Shown here: positions 1-6,523 of the stretch, piece after piece
Numbering within the stretch: the stretch's first letter is position 1
Layout of the letters: each line of letters begins with the position of its first letter
From: a virus
Strand: one strand, 5' to 3'
Virus record (IMG/VR): IMGVR_UViG_3300023284_002712
Coordinates: 1-30,257 of that record
DNA: 30,257 bases
Notes under the pieces: model-generated
Databases searched by the model: none
The model's input: the letters and a program-made list of their open reading frames with translations, nothing else
Told to the model about the DNA's origin: nothing
Position numbers and translations under genes: made by a program

Positions 1-144
1 TTGCTGGATTTATGGTAGCAGGTGTTTTGTTTGATGTTATACTGGTTGAAGATATTGAAATTTCCCAAGAAACAGGGGATGATATTTGTAAAAACCTAAC
101 TGGAAATCAATCTGCAGTAGCTTATGAAATTTTTAATGACAATG
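1..144. repeat. Left copy of 144-bp exact terminal direct repeat (circular-assembly overlap or terminal redundancy)
   Basis: Base-for-base identity with 30114-30257, aligned by hand (offset 30113). Confidence 0.9.
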
Positions 145-227
145 GTTATAAGGATGGAAAATTAGGTTGTAAAATTCCAAGTTTTGATTCAACACAAAAT
201 ATAATTATTAAAAAGAACAATGAATAA
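1..227 (+). CDS. 3' portion of the junction-spanning gene (codon phase starts at nt 3; stop TAA 225-227)
   Basis: Same frame as ATG 30074 after subtracting 30113. The internal ATG at 12 is the track start only because the window is cut here. Confidence 0.6.
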   Translation, partial: AGFMVAGVLFDVILVEDIEISQETGDDICKNLTGNQSAVAYEIFNDNGYKDGKLGCKIPSFDSTQNIIIKKNNE

Positions 228-570
228 AAACAGAATACCTTACAAAGAACTTGAAGAAGAGAGAAATATTTTTTTGGGAATAATAATAGTTTTATCTTTA
301 TTATTTTTTTGGGGAATTATTCAAAACAATAATCTTGATCAAGAAAACCAAGTTCTAAGAGAACCTATGAATTTAACAGAGGAAAGAGTTTTTGATTATC
401 ATGATTCAGGAGAAAGTTTTTGTGAAAATTATAATGGAACTTATAGAAATTTCTTACTTGCTAAAGATGATTGTTCCTTTGTAGATAATAATGATGTTTG
501 GTTTTATTGTGATATAATAAAAGTGGAAGATAAATATTACTTCCAACAACATTGTGAGGTAGTCAAATAA
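220..570 (+). CDS. Hypothetical membrane-anchored or secreted Cys-containing protein (116 aa)
   Basis: ATG overlaps the upstream stop (ATGAATAA). One N-terminal hydrophobic helix IFLGIIIVLSLLFFWGII, then a Cys-containing soluble part. Confidence 0.6.
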   Translation: MNKNRIPYKELEEERNIFLGIIIVLSLLFFWGIIQNNNLDQENQVLREPMNLTEERVFDYHDSGESFCENYNGTYRNFLLAKDDCSFVDNNDVWFYCDIIKVEDKYYFQQHCEVVK

Positions 571-575
571 TTAAA

Positions 576-830
576 ATGGAAATTGAATTAGGTGAAAAAG
601 TAAGAGATACAATAACAGGGGTTGAAGGAATAGTTACATCAAGAACTGAATATCTTAATGGGTGTGTTCAATATGAAGTTACAAGAAGAGTAAAAAAAGG
701 AGAAGTTCTAACAGCAGAATCTGTTCAAGGAATTAGTGTTGATGAACAACAATTAGAAATAATAGGGAAAAAGAAATCAATAAAAAAATCAGATAATGGG
801 GGGCCAATGCGAATAAAAACATTTCGTTAA
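576..830 (+). CDS. Small beta-rich protein (SH3/KOW-like pattern) resembling a conserved hypothetical family I recall from phage/prophage genomes; function unknown
   Basis: Motif GEKVRDTITGVEGIVTSRTEYLNGCVQYEV...DEQQLEII. The family resemblance is from memory only. Confidence 0.5.
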   Translation: MEIELGEKVRDTITGVEGIVTSRTEYLNGCVQYEVTRRVKKGEVLTAESVQGISVDEQQLEIIGKKKSIKKSDNGGPMRIKTFR

Positions 831-845
831 AAGATATAAATTAAC

Positions 846-1010
846 ATGGAAAAAAATAAATTAACAATCATTATTGTTTTGAGCTTGGTGTATGTTATTG
901 TTGCAGCACTTTTGATTTCATTAACAACAAATTGGTTATGGGTTTTTCATGCTCCTTTTGTTGCATGGTTAGGATGGAAAATTGGAGAGAGTTCTGAAAA
1001 TGATAACTAA
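846..1010 (+). CDS. Small hydrophobic protein (54 aa), below the ORF-track cutoff
   Basis: Hand translation: MEKNKLTIIIVLSLVYVIVAALLISLTTNWLWVFHAPFVAWLGWKIGESSENDN. It fills the gap between flanking genes and overlaps the int start by 11 nt. Confidence 0.5.
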   Translation: MEKNKLTIIIVLSLVYVIVAALLISLTTNWLWVFHAPFVAWLGWKIGESSENDN

Positions 1011-1590
1011 AGACATAAACCGATTCTTCTTTCCAGATGAATGGAAGAACTTTGTAAAAAGTATTCAAACAAATAAACAGCTTATGCTTTATGAATTAAT
1101 GTTTAATACTGGAGCGAGGTTTGATGAAGCAAGACATACAAGGCCAGTTGATTTTGATTTTGAAAGAAACAATTTAAGAGTTTGGAAAACAAAAACAAAA
1201 GCAAGGAAAGGTGAGAAAGTAGGGAAGCCAAGAACTATAAGTTTATCTTCAAGTTTTTCAAAAAGGATGAGAAGATATTGTGGTAATAAAAAACCTGATG
1301 AATATTTATTTAAGATCTCTCAAGCAGGATTCAATCAATTAATGAAATCTAAAATAAAGAAACTTGGAATAAAAGATTGGACTAACTTTTCCTCACACAA
1401 CATTAGAAAGACGCATGGAATGTATCTAAAGGCCTTAGGGATAGATCTTGCAGAGATATGTACAAGACTTGGACATGATTACAATACTTATATTAAACAT
1501 TATGGAAGTGCAGACCTTTTCTCCGAGAAAGACATGAGAGGAATTAGAGAGTTGTTTGGAGATCTGTATATTCGGAGTAGGAGGTTTTGA
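1000..1590 (+). CDS. int: Tyrosine recombinase / integrase, short form (~196 aa, essentially catalytic domain only)
   Basis: NTGARFDEA (box I Arg), HNIRKTH (H-x-x-R), LGH, C-terminal KHY (catalytic Tyr). The track ORF begins at TTG 982; the first ATG is 1000. Confidence 0.85.
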   Translation: MITKDINRFFFPDEWKNFVKSIQTNKQLMLYELMFNTGARFDEARHTRPVDFDFERNNLRVWKTKTKARKGEKVGKPRTISLSSSFSKRMRRYCGNKKPDEYLFKISQAGFNQLMKSKIKKLGIKDWTNFSSHNIRKTHGMYLKALGIDLAEICTRLGHDYNTYIKHYGSADLFSEKDMRGIRELFGDLYIRSRRF

Positions 1591-1591
1591 G

Positions 1592-1795
1592 ATGAAAAAA
1601 TATTATATTGAAGATGTAGAAGGGAATTTTTGGTGTGAAGACCATTTTGGATATTGGAGTAAGTTTGATGATTCTTTAAAATATAGATTTGAAGGAATTT
1701 ATTTGTGGGTTTTTCCATTATTTTTAATGATGAAATTAGCAAATAGGGAATTGAAACCAAAGATAGTTAAGATTCCACAGGAGATTTTGAAATGA
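1592..1795 (+). CDS. Hypothetical protein (67 aa)
   Basis: First ATG directly after the int stop (TGAGATG). The track start at 1556 is a TTG inside int. Confidence 0.5.
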   Translation: MKKYYIEDVEGNFWCEDHFGYWSKFDDSLKYRFEGIYLWVFPLFLMMKLANRELKPKIVKIPQEILK

Positions 1796-1980
1796 ACTTA
1801 GATAAAATACAAAAAATAATACTTTTGATTGTGGCTCTTGCATTAGCAATTTCTGGAGTTAAATTTGCAGACCAAAATACTACTTGGTCATTATTAAGTT
1901 TTATTTTAGCTATGATTTCTATAGGGATTATAGAATTAATTAATATTAAAATTGTTTTGGAGGACTTGGAGATTTATTAG
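1792..1980 (+). CDS. Small two-helix membrane protein (62 aa)
   Basis: ATGA overlap with the upstream gene. Hydrophobic segments IILLIVALALAISGV and LLSFILAMISIGIIELI. Confidence 0.55.
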   Translation: MNLDKIQKIILLIVALALAISGVKFADQNTTWSLLSFILAMISIGIIELINIKIVLEDLEIY

Positions 1981-1981
1981 A

Positions 1982-2209
1982 ATGATAGATGAAGAAATAA
2001 AAGAAAAAATCAAAAATCAAAAAAAACTTTTCAGAAAGTTAATGGCTGAGCTTAATGGTAAAACAATGGATTATGAAAGTTGTAGTATGCTTGAGGAATT
2101 TTTCAATGATTATACACAAGTTACATTGAATTCAATAGAACAGGCAATGTTGAAGATAAAAAAAGAATATGATTTAGTTCCTAAGAAGAAGGAGAAGGTT
2201 TTAGGATGA
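1982..2209 (+). CDS. Hypothetical charged protein (75 aa)
   Basis: First ATG (MIDEEIKEK...) 1 nt after the upstream stop. The track start at 1952 is a TTG. Confidence 0.5.
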   Translation: MIDEEIKEKIKNQKKLFRKLMAELNGKTMDYESCSMLEEFFNDYTQVTLNSIEQAMLKIKKEYDLVPKKKEKVLG

Positions 2210-2442
2210 AACAAATCCATATAAATAAAACAGTGACTCGAAATTTTATAATGGATATTGTGGCCAATCTTCAAAACTTCTTTGGTATGAATTTAACAAG
2301 TTATGAAAAGATGGTTGATAGAGGAATGGAAGAAATAAAAGAAGAATTAGGAAATAAAGAATTAGCATGGTTTAGATATGAAATAACACAATTAGGAAAT
2401 GGAGCTTTATCTATAACTCTTTATGGGGAGGAAAAAGAATGA
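2206..2442 (+). CDS. Hypothetical protein with weak YbjQ/DUF74-like pattern
   Basis: ATGA overlap. IVANLQNFFGMNLTSYEKMVDRGMEEIKEEL loosely parallels YbjQ [31 protein letters not shown] (from memory). Confidence 0.4.
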   Translation: MKQIHINKTVTRNFIMDIVANLQNFFGMNLTSYEKMVDRGMEEIKEELGNKELAWFRYEITQLGNGALSITLYGEEKE

Positions 2443-2903
2443 GAATATATAATATTGTTATATTTTTATTTCTTCTCTCTGCATTTTCTATAGGGGTTTC
2501 CTTGACTGATGTAGATAAGATGTTAGTTGATGGCTCTCTTGACAATGCAACTCTTGTTATAGAAAATATTACTTTAACTCAAAATTCTTCACCAGAAACA
2601 TCTATTCCAAATATAAATGGTTTTATTTCTGTTTTAGAAAAGTACATAAAATTTATTGGATCATTTATGATAGAAGTATTAAGAGCAGGGATTTATTTTG
2701 GACAAGATAATCCTGATTATTTTAATCCAGATTCTATATTTAAAATTGTAAGGCTAATTTTAATTCTAATTATAATTTCAGTATTAATTAAACCTGTTGG
2801 ATATGTTATGGTATTTTTAATTCTAATTGGAATCTACATTAAGGATAGGTATGTGAAACATAAGAAAGATGAAGTTAAACAAAAAAGGAGAAAGAAAAAA
2901 TGA
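2439..2903 (+). CDS. Membrane protein (154 aa) with N-terminal signal/anchor, C-terminal helices and Lys-rich tail
   Basis: ATGA overlap. Hydrophobic IVIFLFLLSAFSIGV and LILILIIISVLIKPVGYVMVFLILIGIYI. Tail KQKRRKKK. Confidence 0.6.
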   Translation: MRIYNIVIFLFLLSAFSIGVSLTDVDKMLVDGSLDNATLVIENITLTQNSSPETSIPNINGFISVLEKYIKFIGSFMIEVLRAGIYFGQDNPDYFNPDSIFKIVRLILILIIISVLIKPVGYVMVFLILIGIYIKDRYVKHKKDEVKQKRRKKK

Positions 2904-3283
2904 AAAAACAAAGAATTAAAAGTTTAACTTGGAAATACTTTTGGGAACAAAAGTTTAGAGAAATTTTTGTAACTATTTTAATATTTTCTATTATAATTTT
3001 CATTCCTTATTTCTTAGGTAATTCTATAGGAGATGGAAAAGATACTTTGTGTGCAAATTCTCAATATGGTTGGGATAATGATTATGAAGGAGAATGTGGT
3101 TTGATTACAACATGGTTTGAAGGATTGTTTTATTCAGTAATAATTGTTCTAATCTTGTTGTTGTTAGTAGTGTGGATTCAAGGGAATTGGGAAAAAGCTA
3201 AAGAAAAAGCTAAGGAAGAATTGAAAAGACAAGTTAAACCTAAACGAAGAAAGACCACTCATAGGAGGATTAAGAGAAGATAA
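2900..3283 (+). CDS. Membrane protein (127 aa) with basic C-terminal tail
   Basis: ATGA overlap. Two hydrophobic helices. Tail KPKRRKTTHRRIKRR. Confidence 0.6.
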   Translation: MKKQRIKSLTWKYFWEQKFREIFVTILIFSIIIFIPYFLGNSIGDGKDTLCANSQYGWDNDYEGECGLITTWFEGLFYSVIIVLILLLLVVWIQGNWEKAKEKAKEELKRQVKPKRRKTTHRRIKRR

Positions 3284-3310
3284 ATTTAGTCTTATCTTAA
3301 AATATAAACT

Positions 3311-3562
3311 ATGAAGGAACAAAGATTTGAAAAGGTTGTTGAATGGGAAGAGTCAGAGTTTCTTTATAGACCATATATAATTTTCTTTTTTTTAACATTA
3401 GTTTCAAATATAATTTTTCCGTTAATATTAATAAAGAAAGTTCCAGAATGGAATGATTCTTTTTTCCCAATAGGATTTATTTTAATATTTTGGATTTTTT
3501 CTGTTTTCTTTTCTGCTTTAGCTATGTGGAAAAGAAAAGTTTATTGGAGAGTGATAAAATGA
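3311..3562 (+). CDS. Small membrane protein (83 aa)
   Basis: Hydrophobic segments IIFFFLTLVSNIIFPLILI and FPIGFILIFWIFSVFFSALAMW. Confidence 0.55.
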   Translation: MKEQRFEKVVEWEESEFLYRPYIIFFFLTLVSNIIFPLILIKKVPEWNDSFFPIGFILIFWIFSVFFSALAMWKRKVYWRVIK

Positions 3563-3714
3563 GCCAAGTAAGCAATACATTAATTCTCACTGCCTTAATG
3601 GCTATTTTCGCATTTGGATTTATTTATTTTGTGAGAAAAGAAACCAAGAAAATGGAAGCCAGGAAATATAAAAAATTTAAAGGAGAGAAATTAGTTAGGG
3701 AACAATTAAGATGA
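3559..3714 (+). CDS. Small single-pass membrane protein (51 aa)
   Basis: ATG 3559 in ATGA overlap with the upstream stop: MSQVSNTLILTALMAIFAFGFIYFV, then a basic tail. The track start at 3490 lies inside the upstream gene. Confidence 0.5.
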   Translation: MSQVSNTLILTALMAIFAFGFIYFVRKETKKMEARKYKKFKGEKLVREQLR

Positions 3715-4001
3715 AAAATGTTATAAGGAGGTTAAAAAAAAGAATGGGATTTGATAAAGACCCTGAAGAAGTTAAAACTCCAGAACCTAAAGTAAAGAAA
3801 GTTAAGGAAACTAAAATTGAAAAGTTAGAAAGAGAATTAGCAGAACTTCAAGAAGAAGAAGCAGCAATTGCAGAAGAACCTTTAGAAGAATTGAAAAAAG
3901 TTGAAGAACAAAAATCACCTACAATCCATGAAGTGTTACATAACCACGAACAAAGACTTTTACAAATGGAATCAAAGTGGTTTAGATTAGGAGGAATTTA
4001 G
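3711..4001 (+). CDS. Charged coiled-coil protein (96 aa)
   Basis: ATGA overlap. EKLERELAELQEEEAAIAEEPLEELKK. Confidence 0.55.
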   Translation: MKNVIRRLKKRMGFDKDPEEVKTPEPKVKKVKETKIEKLERELAELQEEEAAIAEEPLEELKKVEEQKSPTIHEVLHNHEQRLLQMESKWFRLGGI

Positions 4002-4003
4002 GA

Positions 4004-4147
4004 ATGTTTGGATTTAGCAAATTATTTGCTATTGCAGTATTCATTGCATTAATAATTTCTCTTGGATTGAGAGATTATAGAATTGGAATACAAATAATAA
4101 TTATTTATGCAATAGGAAAAATAGTTTGGAACATATTAACAAAATAA
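4004..4147 (+). CDS. Small membrane protein (47 aa), below the track cutoff
   Basis: Hand translation MFGFSKLFAIAVFIALIISLGLRDYRIGIQIIIIYAIGKIVWNILTK. GGAGGA lies upstream. Confidence 0.45.
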   Translation: MFGFSKLFAIAVFIALIISLGLRDYRIGIQIIIIYAIGKIVWNILTK

Positions 4148-4151
4148 CAAA

Positions 4152-4418
4152 ATGAAAATAAGCGAACAGAAATATCAATGGATAATGATGGTGGGATTAT
4201 ATGTGGGGATAATTTTATTTATCTTAGCAATGGTTATTTTAGTAAAGAATGTAAATGAAATAAAGAAAGATCCAATAATCTATGGGATGGAAAAACACAA
4301 TTTCAATTCCTGTAGTTGCACTGATCAAAATTTCCAAACAGTAAGAATTGTTGCAAGTGATTATGATGATTCAAAGGAAATTAAAATTGTAAATAATTTT
4401 GAGGTAGGGGATAGTTAA
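4152..4418 (+). CDS. Single-pass membrane protein (88 aa)
   Basis: Hydrophobic WIMMVGLYVGIILFILAMVILV. Cys pair CSC in the ectodomain. Confidence 0.55.
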   Translation: MKISEQKYQWIMMVGLYVGIILFILAMVILVKNVNEIKKDPIIYGMEKHNFNSCSCTDQNFQTVRIVASDYDDSKEIKIVNNFEVGDS

Positions 4419-4435
4419 TGTGATTGAGGTGATAC

Positions 4436-4693
4436 ATGGGACAAGGTGAGGTGATTGACTTTTTGAAAGAGTGTGAAAAGCCTGTTACTCGACGACAAAT
4501 TGCTGAAGGTTTAGATTGTGATCCAATAAAAGTTTCTCACATATTACCCAAGTTATTAAAAACAAAAGAAATAGATTTCATAGAACACGCTAGAGAAAAA
4601 GCCTCAGAACTTGTTGGTTATATATTATTAAGGAGAACTAGGTTTTTCTTTTTAGTGGAAAGGTTTGATGAGTTTGAAGAACTTGAATATTAA
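4436..4693 (+). CDS. Winged-helix DNA-binding protein (85 aa)
   Basis: VIDFLKECEKPVTRRQIAEGLDCDPIKVSHILPKLLKTKEIDFIE is a typical wHTH layout. Its stop overlaps the stop of the convergent gene (TTAA). Confidence 0.6.
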   Translation: MGQGEVIDFLKECEKPVTRRQIAEGLDCDPIKVSHILPKLLKTKEIDFIEHAREKASELVGYILLRRTRFFFLVERFDEFEELEY

Positions 4694-4866
4694 AAATTTA
4701 CTTCTGGATCTATATCTATTTCCATAGCCTCATCCATCTTTTCCCCAAATGTTTTATAATCTTTAGGGGGTTCGATGGGTTTACCTTCATTCATTATTGG
4801 TTCTATTATAAATTTCCATGTAGCAAACGATCCAACAACTAAGACTCCTATTAATAGGGTGTTCAT
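4690..4866 (-). CDS. Small membrane-anchored protein (58 aa), below the track cutoff
   Basis: Hand translation of the minus strand: MNTLLIGVLVVGSFATWKFIIEPIMNEGKPIEPPKDYKTFGEKMDEAMEIDIDPEVNF. AAAGGAGGA lies 8-16 nt upstream. Confidence 0.5.
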   Translation of the reverse strand: MNTLLIGVLVVGSFATWKFIIEPIMNEGKPIEPPKDYKTFGEKMDEAMEIDIDPEVNF

Positions 4867-4923
4867 TCTTTTTTTATATCCTCCTTTATCATTCTTTTTT
4901 TTATTTTTTATTTTTTTTCATAT

Positions 4924-5913
4924 TCATTTGACAATTTGAATTGTTTTCGGGTTATTTGGACGAATTGGGGGTGGATTTTGCTTTTTCTTACGGAATTTAT
5001 CGACATTTAACCCTTTTCTTCTCATATATCCAAAATTTCTATCAATTATATTAACTAATATTCCTGTTCTGGCTGAGATTTCTTTGCTTGAAGTTGTACC
5101 TTCCTTTAACAAACTCCAAATCTCTTTTTGTCTATCAGTACACTTGTGTAATATAAGATCTTCTCCAATTAAGTTGTCAAACTTTTCTTTTTCATCTGAT
5201 TTCTCCAACATCCTTTGAATTTTAAGATTTAAGTCTTTTTTGAAACTCCAGGACTTATCTTCGTATGCTTTAACAAAGTCTTTAGGAGGAATTGGTATTC
5301 CAATGACATCAACAATATCAACCAACCCACTTCCATCACTGGAAGGCCATCCAAGATTGTGATAAAACATTTTATCCATCCTAATATTGTATTGTAGTTC
5401 TAATGGTTTAATTATACAAACTTTTGCACCTTTCATTATAGTTCTAGTTTCTAATTGGAAGTGTAAAAGATTTCTAACGGTTTTATCAACATAGTTAAGA
5501 GTTGGAACGGTGAAGATAACTAATTGTTCAAGGTTTCTGAATGTTTGAACCAACCAACCTATCGCTTTGTTTTGTAATGATTGGTGTGTTTTGTGAGAAG
5601 CACTTGTTCCCATTTCATCCCAAAGATTTCCCTCTTTTTTTTGTAAATCCTCATCATTCATTCTCTTCATAAAGCTTTTTCCAGTAAAGAACCAACGATC
5701 TTTCATATAATCTACGGAAGGAGGTTCTCCGTGCATGTAAAGATGTACCCAATATAAAATGGAAACCCCCGCAAAGCTTTTTCCACTTCCAGTTCCCCCA
5801 ACTAAGGCAACCAAACAATTCTTTCCAGAATCTAATCTATTTACAAATGTAAAAATCATTATTTGAAAACTTCGTGAAAGTTCTTGGATTGCTTCGGGGT
5901 ATCTTTTAACCAT
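4924..5913 (-). CDS. P-loop NTPase (Zot/terminase-ATPase-like pattern) fused to a C-terminal sigma70-region-4/LuxR-like HTH
   Basis: Walker A VGGTGSGKS. Walker-B-like NLWDEMG. C-terminal CTDRQKEIWSLLKEGTTSSKEISARTGILVNIIDRNFGYMRRKG. ATG 5913 follows the upstream stop (TAAAATG); the track start at 6012 overlaps the upstream gene by 98 nt. Confidence 0.65.
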   Translation of the reverse strand: MVKRYPEAIQELSRSFQIMIFTFVNRLDSGKNCLVALVGGTGSGKSFAGVSILYWVHLYMHGEPPSVDYMKDRWFFTGKSFMKRMNDEDLQKKEGNLWDEMGTSASHKTHQSLQNKAIGWLVQTFRNLEQLVIFTVPTLNYVDKTVRNLLHFQLETRTIMKGAKVCIIKPLELQYNIRMDKMFYHNLGWPSSDGSGLVDIVDVIGIPIPPKDFVKAYEDKSWSFKKDLNLKIQRMLEKSDEKEKFDNLIGEDLILHKCTDRQKEIWSLLKEGTTSSKEISARTGILVNIIDRNFGYMRRKGLNVDKFRKKKQNPPPIRPNNPKTIQIVK

Positions 5914-5914
5914 T

Positions 5915-6475
5915 TTAATCTTTCCAACCCAAAGTTCTCTTTCCAGAGAGTTCGTTTTTTCTTTTGAATAATAAAACCAACTCACTAAAAAGTTCTCGGT
6001 AAAGTTCAGCAATATAATTCAAATGACTTTGTCTAATTTCTCCAGATAGTTTACTTAATTTATGGGAAGGTATCTTTTTTGTTTCTTCTGCTAATCTTTT
6101 TAAATTAGAATTCATTTCTAATTCAATATATTTGTTTAGAAATAATTCATTAGAATTTTTTATTAAGATTTGGAATTTTTTATATTCTTCTTTAAACTTA
6201 TCATCAAAAAACCATTGTAATAAATTGTAAAGAGTTTTAGTTACTGCAATGTTTGTTTGTCTTTGATCTGGATGGGTAACAATAATCCATTCTCCATTAA
6301 AAAATATCTTTTGATTAAATCCAGGTTTCATTTCTTTTGAAAATTCTTTTCTGCATACATCAATTTGAGATATAATCACTTCTGCTAAAGATTTCTTCTC
6401 TTCTTTTTTATAAGGATTAGAAACAAATTCATTATTTTCCATTATATTTATAAACTGAATGTTAGTTATAAACAT
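5915..6475 (-). CDS. Hypothetical protein (186 aa; 175 aa if ATG 6442 is used)
   Basis: Long ORF ahead of the ATPase. A TATA-like GTTTATAAC (6473-6465, minus) lies 31 nt upstream of ATG 6442, which favours the shorter form. Confidence 0.6.
   Translation of the reverse strand: MFITNIQFINIMENNEFVSNPYKKEEKKSLAEVIISQIDVCRKEFSKEMKPGFNQKIFFNGEWIIVTHPDQRQTNIAVTKTLYNLLQWFFDDKFKEEYKKFQILIKNSNELFLNKYIELEMNSNLKRLAEETKKIPSHKLSKLSGEIRQSHLNYIAELYRELFSELVLLFKRKNELSGKRTLGWKD
6465..6473 (-). promoter_or_regulatory. TATA-like box GTTTATAAC for the minus-strand operon
   Basis: 31 nt upstream of ATG 6442, the same spacing seen at other promoters in this genome. Confidence 0.35.
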
Positions 6476-6484
6476 TATTATTTT

Positions 6485-6501
6485 AAGGTAATGTAATTAA
6501 A
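6485..6501 (+). promoter_or_regulatory. Copy 1 of exact 17-mer AAGGTAATGTAATTAAA (promoter element: upstream half plus TATA-like GTAATTAAA)
   Basis: Exact 17/17 identity with three other copies. The TATA-like half starts 31 nt before ATG 6524. Confidence 0.6.
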
Positions 6502-6523
6502 CATTAAGTTCTTATAAAATTTA

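Noticed and set aside
1-144. The terminal repeat as a biologically genuine direct terminal repeat of a linear genome
   Set aside because: This is not excluded. However, an ORF reads seamlessly through the junction, and the repeat starts and ends at arbitrary points within that gene, which is the pattern typical of a circular assembly overlap.
1500-1760. Minus-strand ORF across the integrase 3' end
   Set aside because: It overlaps the catalytic Tyr region of a well-supported gene and has low-complexity content.
4771-4792. GGGGGTTCGATGGG resembling a tRNA T-arm (possible attP or tRNA fragment)
   Set aside because: There is no complementary 3' half of the T stem and no acceptor or anticodon arms. 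It lies inside the 58-aa minus-strand ORF.
4924-6475. Interpretation as the small + large terminase pair of a tailed phage
   Set aside because: The ATPase lacks a nuclease half. No portal, HK97-type capsid, tail or protease genes are discernible anywhere, and the rest of the genome looks archaeal-virus-like.
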